Origin: Chiloscyllium plagiosum
Taxonomy: Eukaryota
DNA length: 55,296 nt
Assembly: GCF_004010195.1 (NCBI RefSeq)
Contig: NC_057755.1
Span: 7,453,312 to 7,508,607 of the forward strand
Direction of reading: 5' to 3'
Shown: positions 11,732 through 24,575 of the stretch, in pieces
How the letters are laid out: the number at the start of each line of letters is the position of its first letter
Numbering within the stretch: position 1 is the stretch's first letter
The notes under the pieces: model-generated
The model's database searches: none
Told to the model about the DNA's origin: nothing
What the model saw: the letters and a program-made list of their open reading frames with translations, nothing else
Made by a program: the position numbers and the translations under genes

Positions 11732-13230
11732 TTGGGAGCCTCCTGTGAAGCGCTTCTGTGATCTTTCCTCCGGCATTTGCACTGGTTTGAATCTGCCGCT
11801 TCCGGTTGTCAGTTCCAGCTGTCCGTTGCAGTGGTCGGTATATTGGGTTCAGGTCGATGTACTTATTGATTAAATCTGTGGATGAGTGCCATGCCTCTAG
11901 GAATTCCCTGACTGTTCTCTGTTTGGCTGGTCCTATAATAGTCGTGCAGTCTCGACTGCCTCGTTACACCGGGAACTCCAAAGAATCACAATTCTTTAGG
12001 TGCAGAAGTTCTTCCTCAATTCAGGCCTAAATATGCTTCCCTTTATTTTGAGGCTATGCCACCCATTCTGTAGTTTCACCCACCCTCAAATGCAACATTC
12101 CTGCTTCGACCTTATCTATTCCCTTCATAGTCGAATATGTTTCAAGAAGATTCCCCTTCATTGTTCTCAATTCCAATGAGTGCAGTCCCAGTCTACTTAA
12201 TCTCTTTTTGTAAGCCAACCCTCCCAAATCAGGAATCAACCAAGTGGACTTCCTCTGCATCCCTTTCAGTGCGGGTACATACCAGTCAAGTTCTCCAAGT
12301 GTGGTCTCAATAGCACCCCACGCAGCTGAAGCATAACCTCCTTATTTTAATCTTCATCCCGCCAGCAATGAAGGACAATATTCTATTTGCTTTCTTAACT
12401 ACCTGATGCACCTGCAAACCAATACTTTATGATTCGTATACAAGGATTCCCTGGTCCCTGTTTATGTTTCTTTGCAAAAGGCACCGCAGACTGCCAGACC
12501 TGCGCTGTGATCAACTGACATTTTAAAGACTCCCACATGTAAGATGTGAACTTATCCTCAAATAGGTTCCTCCAATCTAGTTTGTTTTATTTTAATGGAG
12601 CCTCCCTGCAATCTAACATTTTCACTCAAGGACTAGCCTTATCCACATTATCCTGATGAATGGCTCTTGCCTGAAATGACGATTTTCCTGTTCCACGGAT
12701 TTTGCCTGACCTTTGTGCATTTCCAGCACCACTCTAATCTTATCAACATTAATAACAGTCTGAATATTGAATGTTTAATTGACCACAGTATCGAAAATGA
12801 CACCCCTCCCTATGCCTCCTCCAGTGAAAGGTCGATCTTTTGTGCAGGCACAGTCGACAAACAAGGTCTAGAGTGGCCCAATTACAAAAGGGCCTCCATC
12901 TTACCGGAGCACATCAGACACTTATTCAACCAACACCAGCTCATTAGTAACGTATGTGATGCACTTGCTTTGATCAGTCTGGGCATAGAGATGAAAAGCA
13001 GAATGTATATGTTGGAACTGTTGTAAACCATTGCTTCGGGCTCACCCAAGATATTCTGTTCAGGTCTCAATCCACATGATAGGCAGAATGTGATGAATCT
13101 GGGGAGGGTGCAATGGACATTCACCAGTACGGTCTTCCTGCTGGAGATGGCTTGCTTTGGGGATAAAGTGGACAGACCTGGATTGTTTTCTGGAGAACAA
13201 AGGAATTGAGAACATAGAACATAGAACATA

Positions 13231-14603
13231 GAAAGTTTGTGAGAAGATTTGTCGCTCGGGTGCTGCTCATTGTTGTGGTTCTGTTCACCGAGCTGGGAAT
13301 TTGTGTTGCAGACGTTTCGTCCCCTGTCTAGGTGACATCCTCAGTGCTTGGGAGCCTCCTGTGAAGCGCCTCTGTGATCTTTCCTCTGGCATTTGCACTG
13401 GTTTGAATCTGCCGCTTCCGGTTGTCCGTTCCAGCTGTCCGTTGCAGTGGTTGGTATACTGTGTCCAGGTCGATGTACTTATTGATTGAATCTGTGGATG
13501 AGTGCCATGCCTCTAGGAATTCCCTGGCTGTTCTCTGTTTGGCTGGTCCTATAATAGTAGTGTTGTCCCAATCGAATTCATGTTGCGTTTCATCTGCATG
13601 TGTGGTTACAAAGGATAGCCTATCGTGTCGTTTCGTGGCTAGTTGGTGTTCATGGATGCGGATTGTTGCTGACTTCCTGTTTGTCCTATGTAGTGTTTTG
13701 TGCAGTACTTGCATGGGATTTTGTACACTATATTGGTTTTGCTCATGCTGGGTATCGGGTCCTTCGTTCTGGTGAGTCGTTGTCTGAGAGTGGCTGTTGA
13801 TTTGTGTGCTGTTTTGAGTCTTAGTGGTCGCAGTAGTCTTGCTGTCAGTTCGGAAATGCTCTTGATGTACGGTAGTGTGGCTAGTCCTTTGGGTTGCGGC
13901 ATGTCCTCGTTCCATTGTCTTTCCCTTACGCATCTGTTGATGAAATTGCAGGGGTATCCGATTTTGGTGAATGCATTGTATAGGTGTTCTTCCTCTTTTT
14001 GCAGTTCTGGTGTTCTGGTGTTGTGACCCTTTTGAATAGCGTCTTGTTACACCTTCTTTTGTGTGCGTTGGGGCGGTTGCTTTCGTAGTTCAGGACTTGG
14101 TCTGAGTGTGTGGCTTTCCTGAATACATTTGTGGTGAATTCTCCGTTCGGTGTTCTCTGTACCATCACGTCCAGGAATGGGAGTTGGTTGTCATTTTCTT
14201 CCTCTCTAGAGAGTCGGATTCCTGTGAGTGTGGCGTTGAGGATCTAGTGAGTGTTCTCTATTTCTGTGTTTTTAATGATTACAAATGTGTCAACCACATA
14301 TCTGACCCAGAGTTTGGGTTGAATTTGCGGTAAGACTGTTTGTTCTGATCTTTGCATTACCGCTTCTGCAATGAGTCCAGAGATGGGTGAGCCCATGGGT
14401 GTGCTGTTGATTTGGTCATATATTTGGTTGTTGAATGTGAAGTGTGTTGTGAGGCACAGGTCCAGTACTTTGAGTATGCCGTCTTTTTTGATAGGTTCAA
14501 CGTCCTGTTGTTTGTTCTGTATGTCCAGCAGGTTGGCTATTTTTTCTCCGGCTCGGGTTTTGCCGATAGAGGTGAACCGTGCCGTCACATCAAATGAGAA
14601 CAT
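13231..14603 (-). mobile_element. Penelope/Poseidon-type PLE, 5'-truncated (RT + GIY-YIG endonuclease)
   Basis: MFSFDVTARFT, TPMGSPISGLIAE, LWVRYVVDTFVII (14244-14648); FRKATHSDQVLNYES; LPYIKSISE..IVYKIPCKYCTKHYIGQTG (13639-13902); RIHEH..REFLEAW. Confidence 0.9.
13308..13347 (-). ncRNA. Minimal type I hammerhead ribozyme motif (PLE family B)
   Basis: Minus strand gca CTGAGGA tgtcacct agac aggggac GAAA cg TC tgc: complete CUGAnGA/GAAA/UH core, stem I gca/tgc, palindromic ACGU stem III. Confidence 0.75.
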
Positions 14604-16441
14604 AGTATTCCCAGTCAATATTGGGGAGGTTAAAGTCCCCCATAACAACTACCCTGTTACTCTCGCTCCTATCGAGAATCATCTTTGCTATCCTTTCCTC
14701 GACATCTCTGGAACTATTCGGAGGCCTATAGAACCCTCCCAGCAGGGTGACCTCTCCTTTCCTGTTTCTAACTTCAGCCCATGCTATCTCAGTGGATGAA
14801 TCCTCAAACATTATTTCAGCTGTTGTAATACTACGCTTGACTAACAACGCCACACCCCGTCTTTAACCATCTTCTATGTTCTTGCTGAAACTTGTAAATC
14901 CCAGAACCTGTAACAACCATTCCTGTCCCTGCTCTAGCCATGTCTCTGAAATGGCCACAACACCGAAATCTCAGGTACCAACTCATGCTGCAAATTCCCC
15001 AGCCTTACCCCGGATGCACCTGACATTGAAGTACACACATTTCAATCCAACATGCTGATTGCCGGTGCCCACTCGTGAACTTGTAAACCTATTCCCTGAG
15101 CTCATTACGCTCAACCTCCGGTACACTGGAACTGCAATTCAGGATCTCACCCCCATTGCAGCATTAGTTTAAACCCCCCGAAGAGCATTAGCAAATTCCA
15201 CCACCACCCCCAAAATATTGGTACCGGTATGGTTCAGGTGAAGAACATCCACCCCCATTGCAGCATTAGTTTAAACCCCCCGAAGAGCATTAGCAAATTC
15301 CACCACCTCCCCCAAAACTTTGGTACCGGTATGGTTCAGGCGAAGAACATCCGGTTTGTAGAGGTCTATTCTTCCCCAGAAAGAGCTCCAATTATACAAG
15401 AACCCAAAACCATCCTTCATGCACCAACCCTATAGCCATGTGTTCAACTCCTCTTTCTATTCTTCGCTTCACAAGCACATGCTCGGGCAACAAACCAGAT
15501 ACAACAACTCTGTTTTGTCTAGCTCTAAGTTTCCACCCCAGCTCCATGAATTTCTGCATTAGATACCCACCTTTTTTTCCACCTATGTCATTGGTGTCTA
15601 TGTGTACCAGAACTTGGGGCTGCTCCCCCTCCTCTTCAACAATCCCAAAAATATGATCAGAGACAATACAAACACTGGTAACTGGCAACAAACTAATCAC
15701 GAGTCCCTCTGATTTCCACAAAACCTTCTATCTTTCCCTGTAACTATGGAGCCCCAATGACTAAAGCTCTGCGCCATTTCCCTCCTTCCCTTCTGAGCAG
15801 CAGCTCCAGACTCTGCCTCAGAGACCTGTGCCACATTGCTTACCCCTGGTGTGTCTTCCCCAACAGTATCCAAAATGCTACACTTGTTGTTGAAGGGAAC
15901 CACCACAGGAGATCCCTGCACTGCCTGCCGGTTCCATTTCCTACTCCTGACAGTAACACATCTGCCTTTGTCATGTGGCTGTGGAGTAACTACCTGCTTG
16001 TAACTCCTCTCAATAACCCCGTCCACCTTCTGAATAATCCGTAGATCATCCAACTCCAGTTCCAGTTTCATAATTTCGTTGTTGTGGAGCTTGCGTTGGG
16101 AGAACATCCCACAAATGAGATCAGCGGGGACACTATAGGTGACCCTTACCTCCCACATACTGCAGGAGAAACATTCAACTCTCCTAAACTCCATTCCCAC
16201 TATTTTAAATTCCCAAACAATCCGCTGACAAAACGAAACACAAAGGAAAACACTTACCACCTTACCAACCGACGCACATAACTTTTATTTTGGTAAAAGG
16301 AGGAGGAGGGGTGAGGGACACTACCCGAGTAGTGTTTCAGGTAAAGCAACCGCCAAATATCTAATCTTGTGCCCAACGTCCTACTCGACGCTATCACACT
16401 TCCTGCTGCTGGAACAACATTGGCCTTCCTGGCTCAGTGCT
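14604..16441 (-). mobile_element. CR1 5' half (ORF1 + endonuclease), paralogous to ~2435-4160
   Basis: ORF 15697-16260 is nearly identical to 3437-3979; VVMGDFNLPNIDW and FYRPP endonuclease motifs. Confidence 0.88.
15149..15353 (+). repeat. ~100-bp tandem duplication inside CR1
   Basis: ccccattgcagcattagtttaaaccccccgaagagc...aagaacatcc occurs twice in succession. Confidence 0.85.
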
Positions 16442-16443
16442 AT

Positions 16444-16748
16444 TCATTGATGAACTACTTGGAGAATTAGAGTAACTGGATAATCTACAGCTGCTCTCTG
16501 AACTTTGTCTGGGTCATGGTATAAATCCCAGTGCTCATACAGCAACTGAGGAGCTGCAGCATGAAACTTAGTTCCAACCCAAACCAAAAAACCCACAATG
16601 ACATACCAATAAACTACATCTGGTTCCACATGCAATACAACATTAACATTGCACATGATATAAGGAAGTTGACTGAAATAAGCAACAGTGAAATAACAGA
16701 CCGTTGTCGATTCTCCATCTCTGCAGCACTGGGGCTCTTCCCTTTGCT
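16444..16748 (-). pseudogene. Second GPR139-like pseudogene fragment (ICL3-TM6-TM7-C tail only)
   Basis: Highly similar to 4163-4465 (SKGKSPSAAEMENRQRSVISLLLISVNFLISCAM...KFREQL); upstream part deleted. Confidence 0.85.
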
Positions 16749-16799
16749 ACTCCTCACTGCTCATTATCTTTCAAACTATTCTGTTCCATGTTGTACCAG

Positions 16800-19700
16800 G
16801 TGACTCAATTGGTCTTGGTAGACACGGGTTATTTTTGGCTGTTTGGTAGCGGGGAGTAGAAAGGGCTGGATGTTGTGAAGGGAGACTGTACACCTCAGCA
16901 AAGCCTCATCTTGGCTGTTTGAGGAGATCTGAAGGTGGTTTTAGCTAATACGGCAGGGGGAGGGAAACCAGCTCAGGAAGTGGGAGGTTTGCTAGTGCTC
17001 TTGGGGGGCGTTTAAACTAACTTTGCAGGGGCATGGGAACCCAGACTGTAGCTTTAGGGTGCAGGACCTGGAGTGTAGGGAGGTTTGGAACATGGCATCA
17101 TTTTCAAAGGAGGGTGCCTGTAAACAGGAAAGTGGCTTGGAGTGTGTATACTTCAATGCAAGAAGTATACGAAATAAGGTAGGTGAACTTGCAGCGTGGG
17201 GTGGTACCTGGGACTTCGATGTTGTGACTATTACGGAGACATGGCTAGAACAGGAACAGGATTGGCTGTTGCAGGTTCCAGAATTTAAATGTTTGAAACA
17301 GTTATTAATGATTTCGAGTAATTGGGATCACAGAGACCAGGCTCTAGGCTGACACAGGATTGGAACTCGACATCCACAATCTTCAGGAAAGATGCATGGA
17401 CATGGAGAGGGGGTCAGTGGAATGTTGTTGGTTAAGAAAGAGGTTAACACAATGCTAAAGAAGGTCAGTGGTCTGGATGATGCTGAATCAGTATGGGTGG
17501 AGCTGTGGAAAAGAAAAGACATTTGTGGGAATTGTGTACAAACCATCAAACAATAGTTGTGCATATGGGGATTGCATCAAACAGAATATTACAGGTATTG
17601 AAATAAGAGTGTGGCAGTTATGGGGAATTTCAATCTAATGAAACTGGTAGCAATGAGATGGTGGAAGATTTCCTGGAATATATAGGGGATGGTTTTCTCG
17701 ACTAATGTTTTGAGAATCAATGAGAGAGCAAACCATCCGAGACTGGGTGTGGTTTAAGGAGAGGGGATTAATTAGCAACTTTGTGATGGGAGATCCTTTT
17801 GGTAAGCATGATCATACTATGGTTGAATTCTTCATTAAGATAGAGAGTGACACAGTTACATCTGAGACTGGACTCTTGAACTTAAAGTAATCTAACTTTG
17901 ATGGTATGATGCATGGATTGGCTGGGATCAAATATCCAAGGATACTTAAGAGTTTGATGGTGGATAGGCAATGGCAAACAGTTGTAGAACATGTGGATGA
18001 AACTCAACGATTGTGCACCACTATGTTGAAAAGCATAAATCTGGGAACATGGCTCAACCAAGGCTAACAAGGGAAATCAGAGATCGTGTTAAAGAAAATG
18101 AGGAGATGTACAAATTGTTCAGAAAAAAAAAATCAGCAAAACTGAGGACTTGGGGAAATTTAAATTCCAGCAGATGGGTACAAAGGATTTAATTCTGAAT
18201 GAGAAAATAGAATGCAAGTGTAAGCTTGTGGAAAACATTAAAAAAAACCTGAGTGCACATGTTTCTGTCGATATGTGAAAAGGAAAAGGCTGGTGAAGAC
18301 ACGTATGGGTCCCTTGCCGTTAGAGTCATGTGGATCTATATGGAAAACAAAGAGATGGCACACCGGTGGGTCAAATACTTTGGGCCAGTCTTCACTAAGG
18401 ATGAAGCAAATAATCTTCCAGGAATGCTATGGGATAAAGGACCAAACATGAAGGAGGAACTAAATGAAATCCTTAACTGTCAGGAAATGGTATTGGGGAA
18501 TTGGTGGAATTAAAACCCAATACGTCCCCAGGGTCTGATGCTCTGTATCCCAGACCCATCCTTCAAAAACAAAGAGGAGAAAACAAGCAATTACAGACAG
18601 GTTAGCCTGCTACAGGTGATGGGGAAAATGTTGGAGTCAAAGATTACGGATGTAACAACAGACGATGTGGAAAGCTGTGTCAGGATCAGAAGAAGTCTGC
18701 ATGGTTTCACTAACAGGAAACCATGCCCAACAAATCTTGTGTACTTTTTTGTGGATGTAACCAGTAGCGTGGAAAAGGGTGAATCAGTAGCTGTTGTTTT
18801 TCTGGACATTTGACAAAGTTCCACATAACAGATTAGTGAGGAAAGTTAATCCAGATACTTATAGACCAGTGAGCCTTACTTCTGTTACAGGAATGGTTTA
18901 TGAAAGGATTATAAGAGATAAGATTTATAATCATCAAGCAAGGAACAATTTGATTTCAGATAGTCAACATGGTTTCGTCAAAGGCAGGTCATGTCTCATA
19001 AACGTAATTGAGTGTTTAGAGAAGATGACCAAGCATGTAAATGAGGGTAGGGCAGTTGACATGGTTTACATGGACTTCAGTAAAGCCTTTGATAAGGTTC
19101 AACATGGTAGGCTATTGGAGAAAATGCAGAGGCTTGGAATTAAGGGGGATTTAGTAGTTTGGATTAGAAACTGTCTTTCTGAAAGAAGGCAGAAAGTAGT
19201 GGTTGATGGAAAATATTCAGTCTGGAGTCCAGTTACTAGTAGTGTGCCACAAGGATCTGTTTTGGGAACCACTGCTGGTTGCCATTTTTTGGACGTAGGC
19301 ATAGGTGGATGGATTATTAAATTTGCAGATGACACTAAAGTCGGTGGACTGGTAGACAGTGTGTGAGATTGTTACAGGTTGCAGGGGGACTTAGATAAAC
19401 TGCAGAATTGGGCTGAGAGGTGACAAATGAAGTTCAATGCAGCTAAATGTGAGGTGCTGCATTTTTGGAAGAATAACAGGAAGGCCGAGTACTGGGTCAA
19501 TGGAAAGATTCTTAGTAGTGTGGATGTGCAGAAGGATCTTGGAGTTCATGTACATAGATTCCTGAAAGTTGCCACCCAGGTGGATACTGCTGTTAAGAAG
19601 GCATACGGTGTGTTAGGTTTCCTTTGGAGAGGGATTGAGTTCCGGAACCGCAATATCATGCTGTCGCTATACAAAATGCTAGTGCGGCCACACTTGGATT

Positions 19701-20066
19701 ATTGTGCACAGTTCTGGTCGCCATATTTCAGGAAGGTTTGGAAGCATTGGCAAAGATTCAGAGGAGACTTACCAAGATGTTGCCTGCTCAGGAGGGAAGG
19801 TCTAATGAAGAAAGGCTGAGACTTGGGTCTGTTTTCATTGGAAAGAAGAAGGCTCAAAAGGGGCTTTGATGCAGACATACAAAAGGATTAGATAGGGTAG
19901 ACAGTGACCGTCTTTTTCCTAGGATGATGACGTCGGCTTGTACAAGGGGGCATAACTACAAATTGAGGGGTGGTATATTTAAGACAGATGTCAGAGGCAG
20001 GTTCTTTACTCAGAGAGTGGTAAGGGTCTGGAATGCCCTACCTGCCAATGCAGTCAACTTAGCCAC
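16800..20066 (+). mobile_element. Composite decayed CR1 LINE(s)
   Basis: CVYFNARSIRNK and [73 protein letters not shown]. Confidence 0.85.
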
Positions 20067-20305
20067 ATTGTCCGAGAGGTGTTCTCTGAAATATTCCGCA
20101 AGTCGGCAGCCTGTCTCCCCAATATAGAGGAGGCTACATTGGGTGCAGTGGATGCAGTAAATGACGTGTGTGGAGGTGCAGATGAATTTATGATGGATAC
20201 CCAAGGATCCCTTGCGGCCTTGGAGGGAGGTGAGCGGGGAGGTGTTGAACCAGGGTGGATCCATTGGATTGATGCTAATGGTTGATTGGGGATATGTTGG
20301 ACCAT
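20067..20305 (-). mobile_element. PLE GIY-YIG fragment (family A)
   Basis: HVIYCIHCTQCSLLYIGETGCRLAEYFREH, same family as 25042-25491. Confidence 0.8.
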
Positions 20306-20331
20306 GAGTTTACAGAATAAAAGCCTACTGT

Positions 20332-20440
20332 AAACCAGGAACAGAACAGATGTTGCTGGAAAAGCTCAGCAGGTCTGGCAGGATCTGTGATGAAAACTCA
20401 AAGTTAATGTTTTGGGTCTGGAGACCCTAACTCAGAACTG
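20332..20440 (-). mobile_element. Older PLE-terminus insert with a decayed hammerhead
   Basis: ttgctggaaaagctcagcaggtctggcag arm plus gggtc-tgga-gaccc hairpin. Confidence 0.6.
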
Positions 20441-20789
20441 CTGAGGTTACACATTATGCTGATGTACAATTCTGCTGGGGTTGATGGCCCACACTGCTTC
20501 ATGGATGTGGAGTCTTGACGTGTTAGATCTGTTCAAATTTTGTCCCATTCAGCACGGTGATCGTGCCACACAACATGACGGAGTTTATTCTCAACGTGAA
20601 GGTGGGATTTTGTCTCCACAAGGACCAGAGTATTCAATCTTATCATTACTGTCATGTAGCTTGAGATCAGCTAATTTATTCCCTCTTGTTGGTTTCCTTA
20701 TCAGCTGCTGCAGAACCAGTCTAGAAGCTGTGTTCTTTCGGACCTGACCTGCTCAGTCAGGAGTACTGTTCACAGCAGTGCATTTCAAA

Positions 20790-21078
20790 AAGCAGTTAAC
20801 AGTCAACAACAATTGATGTAGGTCTCTAGGCCAGACCAAGTAAGAATGGCAGATTCCCTTCTCTGTCGGTAGCATTAGTGAGCCAAACGGTTTTTTTTTC
20901 TGGCAGTTGAGGATTGGTTCAATGGCATCAGTACATTTTTAATTACAAATCTTTTGTTATTGAACTCAAATTTCACCATCTGTCATGGTGAGATTCAAAC
21001 CCTGTTCCATGGAATATTCGCTGAGTTTCTTCATTTAATAGTTTAGTGAGAATACCATGAGGACCATTGGCTTCCCCT
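20790..21078 (-). mobile_element. Second, decayed tRNA-derived SINE family
   Basis: Minus-strand head ggggaagccaatggtcctcatggtatt with B-box-like gggtttgaatctc; body resembles a common shark SINE as I recall it. Confidence 0.55.
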
Positions 21079-22107
21079 AACCAACATTCCATGTAGTTCC
21101 CAGCATTTCCTTCTTCTCTGAAAGTCTATGTCTATCAATTAAAACCAAGTATACAATATGCCTTCTTAACCACTGTATTCACCAGTTCTAATACCTTAAG
21201 GGATTGGTAGACATGCAGACTGAGATGCCTCTGCTTCCCAAGGCTGGACCATTCAGTGCAGACAGACATCAGCTGTCAGAGCATTCTTAGTGGGCCTTTT
21301 CCTGTGCTGTGCTGTACTGCTCTTTCATTCTTTCATCATGTGCTTCCTTGCCTTATTTTTCCTGCCAAAGTGCATCACATTTAGCACATTTGATTTCCAT
21401 TTGTCACTGACCAGCCCATCTATATCATCCTGTAATCTAAGGCTATCCTCCTCACAATTTACCATCCAACAAATGATCGGTGATTTTCAAATTTATTGAT
21501 CAACTTAACTGTGTTCAAGTCTATATCATATATATAAAGAGGAATGAAACATAAACACAAGTAGGTTACACGGCAGTTTTTTGAGGATATTGGAGAGTCC
21601 TCATTGTGAATAATTTGTGCAGTATTATTAATCCCATATTTAAGGAAGAATATGGTTGCATTAGATATAGTCCTTGATTGTGACTTGGAATGAGTGCACT
21701 TTTGATGTAAGTTTGGACAGACTGGATATGTTTCCAAGAGAGATTTGAAAGAAATATGTTTCGACTTGATTGAAGTTTGTAAGATCCTGAATGGTCTTAA
21801 TAGGCTGGAAACGGAAAGCACACTCTCTCTGCGCAGACCCTCAACCGGGAAATTGCTACTTATTACATAGGCAGAACAACATTCTGTCAGTGCTCATCCT
21901 CTAACAGTGCAGCACTCCCACATTGGTGACCTGACGTCAATGGAACAAAGGAAGAGTTCTGACCTTGTGACTATATTGAATCATTGCTGACAGTACAGTG
22001 TTCCCATTGTATTCACTTCCAGAGCAAGACGCCCTCGCCTCTCACCCTGTCGTATTTATAGAGGCTGCAGTATGTTCACGGTAGAAACAGCTGGGTATGC
22101 CAGCACA

Positions 22108-22396
22108 GGGCAGCAAGATGGCTCAGTGGTTAGCACTGCTGCCTCACAGCGCCAAGAACCCGGGCTTGATTCCACCCTTGGGCCATTGTGTCTGTGTGGG
22201 TTTCCTCCGGCTGCTTCGGTTTTCTCCCACAGTCCAATGATGTGCAACTTAGGTGAATTGGCCATGCTAAATTACCTGTAGAGTTCGGTGCATTAGTTAG
22301 GGATAATGGATCTCAGTGGGTTGCTTTTCAGAGGGTCGGTGCGGGCTAGTTGGGCTAAAGGACCTGTTTCCACACTGTAGGGAATCTAATCTAATC
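22108..22396 (+). mobile_element. HE1-type SINE
   Basis: tggctcagtggttagcactgctgcctcacagc head; (aatct)n tail. Confidence 0.88.
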
Positions 22397-24575
22397 ATTT
22401 ACCACCATAACATGCACAGTTAGGTAGCACAATGACTCACGAGGCTTAGTATAACATTTGCCTTTTTGTAAGGAGAATGACCATGAAGCTAGGGTGACTC
22501 ACTTCAACCACATAAGGATTAATTTCACTTGATGTACTCTGCAATAGATTTGCTCCTGGAGGAACAACATTATTGCACTGGGAACAATTCATGGAAGATT
22601 TATTCGTTTGAATCCTAAATCAGGTAGCTATGAAAGGCACTCCACAAGTGTTATCATGTCAATTGTCATGGCCAGAATACGTACAAAGCGGATGGAGGTT
22701 CAGGGAACATTGTGCTGAGCCCTTGACAGAACACAACTTGCTGGAACTGGTTCTATTATATTTGTACATTAGGGATTTTTGGTCAGCTTGATGCAGAGTC
22801 TATTCCCTGGAGACAGTCACAATCTTTGATAAAGGTGCAAAATGTGACAGTGTAGATCAAAGATGGTACAGATAGCAGAAGGGAAAAGATTTTAGTCACC
22901 GAGCTCAGACTGAAAGAAGGCAATACGACACAAAACAAGAAACAAGGAACAAAGAAATATTACAGCACAGGAACAGGCCGTTTGGCCCGGTAAGCCTGTG
23001 CCGACCCAGATCCTCTGTCTAAACCTATTGCCTATTTTCCAAGAGTCTGTATCCCTTTGCTCTCTCTCCATTCATGTATCGTTCTAAATACATCTTAAAT
23101 GACGCTATCGTGCCCATTTCTACCGTCTCCAATGGCAACACGTCCCTGGAACACACCAACCTCTGCATAAAGAACTTTTCACGCATTATCTCCCCTAAAC
23201 CTTTCCTCTCTCAGTTTGAATGCGTGATCTCTGGTAATTGAGTTCCACACTCTGGGGAAAAAGATTTTTGATGTCCATCCAGTCTATACATAAAACATAG
23301 AACATAGGACAGTACAGCACACAACGGGCCCTTCAGCCCACGATGTTGTGCTGACCATTGATCCTCATGTGAGTTAAACCTAATGTACAAACCCTCAAAT
23401 TTCTCTGACCATATGCATGTCCAGCAGTCTCTTAAATATCCCCAATGACCTCGCTAGCACAACTGCTGCTGGCAACGCATTCCATGCTCCCACAACTCTC
23501 TGTGTAAAGAACCCGCCTCTTACATCCCCTCTATACTTTCCGCCAAACAGCTTAAAACTATGACCCCTCGTGTTAGTAATTTCTGCACTGGGAAAAAGTT
23601 TCTGGTATCAACTCTATCTATGTATCTCATTATCTTGTACACCTCAATAAGGTCCCCTCTCTTCCTTCTTTTTTCCAATGAAAAACTTCTGAGCTAAGTC
23701 AACCTCTCTTTGTAAGATAAGCCCTTCTTTCCAGGCAGCATCCTGGTACAACTCCTCTGAACCCTCTCCAACGCATCCACATCTTTCCTGTAATACGGCG
23801 ACCAGAACTGGACACAGTATTCCAAGTGCGGTCTCACCAAAGTTTTATGGAGCTGCAACAAGATCTTACGGCTCTTAAACTCAACCCCTCTGTTAATGAA
23901 AGCCAAAACACCATATACATTCTTAACAACCCTGTCCACCTGGGTGGTAATTTTAAGGGATCTATGTACCTGCACCCCAAGATCCCTCTGTTCCTCCACA
24001 CTGCCAAGAATCCTGTCTTTAATCCTGTACTCAACTTTCAAATTCCACCTTCCAAAATGCATCCAGGTTGAAATCCATCTGCCACCTCTCAGCCCATCTC
24101 TGAATCCTGTCAATATCCCACTGCAGCCTACAACAGCCCTCCATACTGTCAACGACACCTCCAATCTTTGTGTCGTCTGCAAACTTGCTGACTCATCCAT
24201 CAATCTCCTCATCCAAGTCATTAATAAAAATTACAAACCGTAGAGGCCCAAGGACAGAGCCCTGTGGAACACCACTCACCACAGACTTCCAGGCAGAATA
24301 CGTTCCTTCCACTACCACTCGCTGTCTTCTGTCGACCAGCCAATTCTGTATCCAGACAGCTAAGTTCCCCTGTATCCCATTCCTCCTGACCTTCTGAATG
24401 AGACTACCATGGGAAATCTTATCAAATGCCTTTCTGAAGTCCTTATTCACAACATCCACTGCTCAACTTATCTAGTAACATCCTCAAAGAGCTCAATAAG
24501 ATTTGTGAGGCATGATCAGCTCCTCACAAAGCCGTGTTGACTGCATTTAATCAAGCCATGCTCTTCCAGCTGGTC

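Larger units (their letters stand above)
10349..13562 (+). repeat. Direct tandem duplication, unit ~1.6 kb (10349-11945 and 11946-~13562)
   Basis: gcagtctcgactgcctcgttacaccgggaactc at 10349 and 11946; near-identical sequence through ggtcctataatagt at ~11942 and ~13557. Confidence 0.93.

Noticed and set aside
13208..14605. tgagaacatag on both sides of the PLE as a TSD
   Set aside because: The right copy is PLE RT coding sequence (TMFS on the minus strand) and the left copy is a CR1 tail microsatellite; probably coincidental.
21880..21940. Possible Deu-domain SINE fragment (acagtgcagcactccc)
   Set aside because: Match too short to call.
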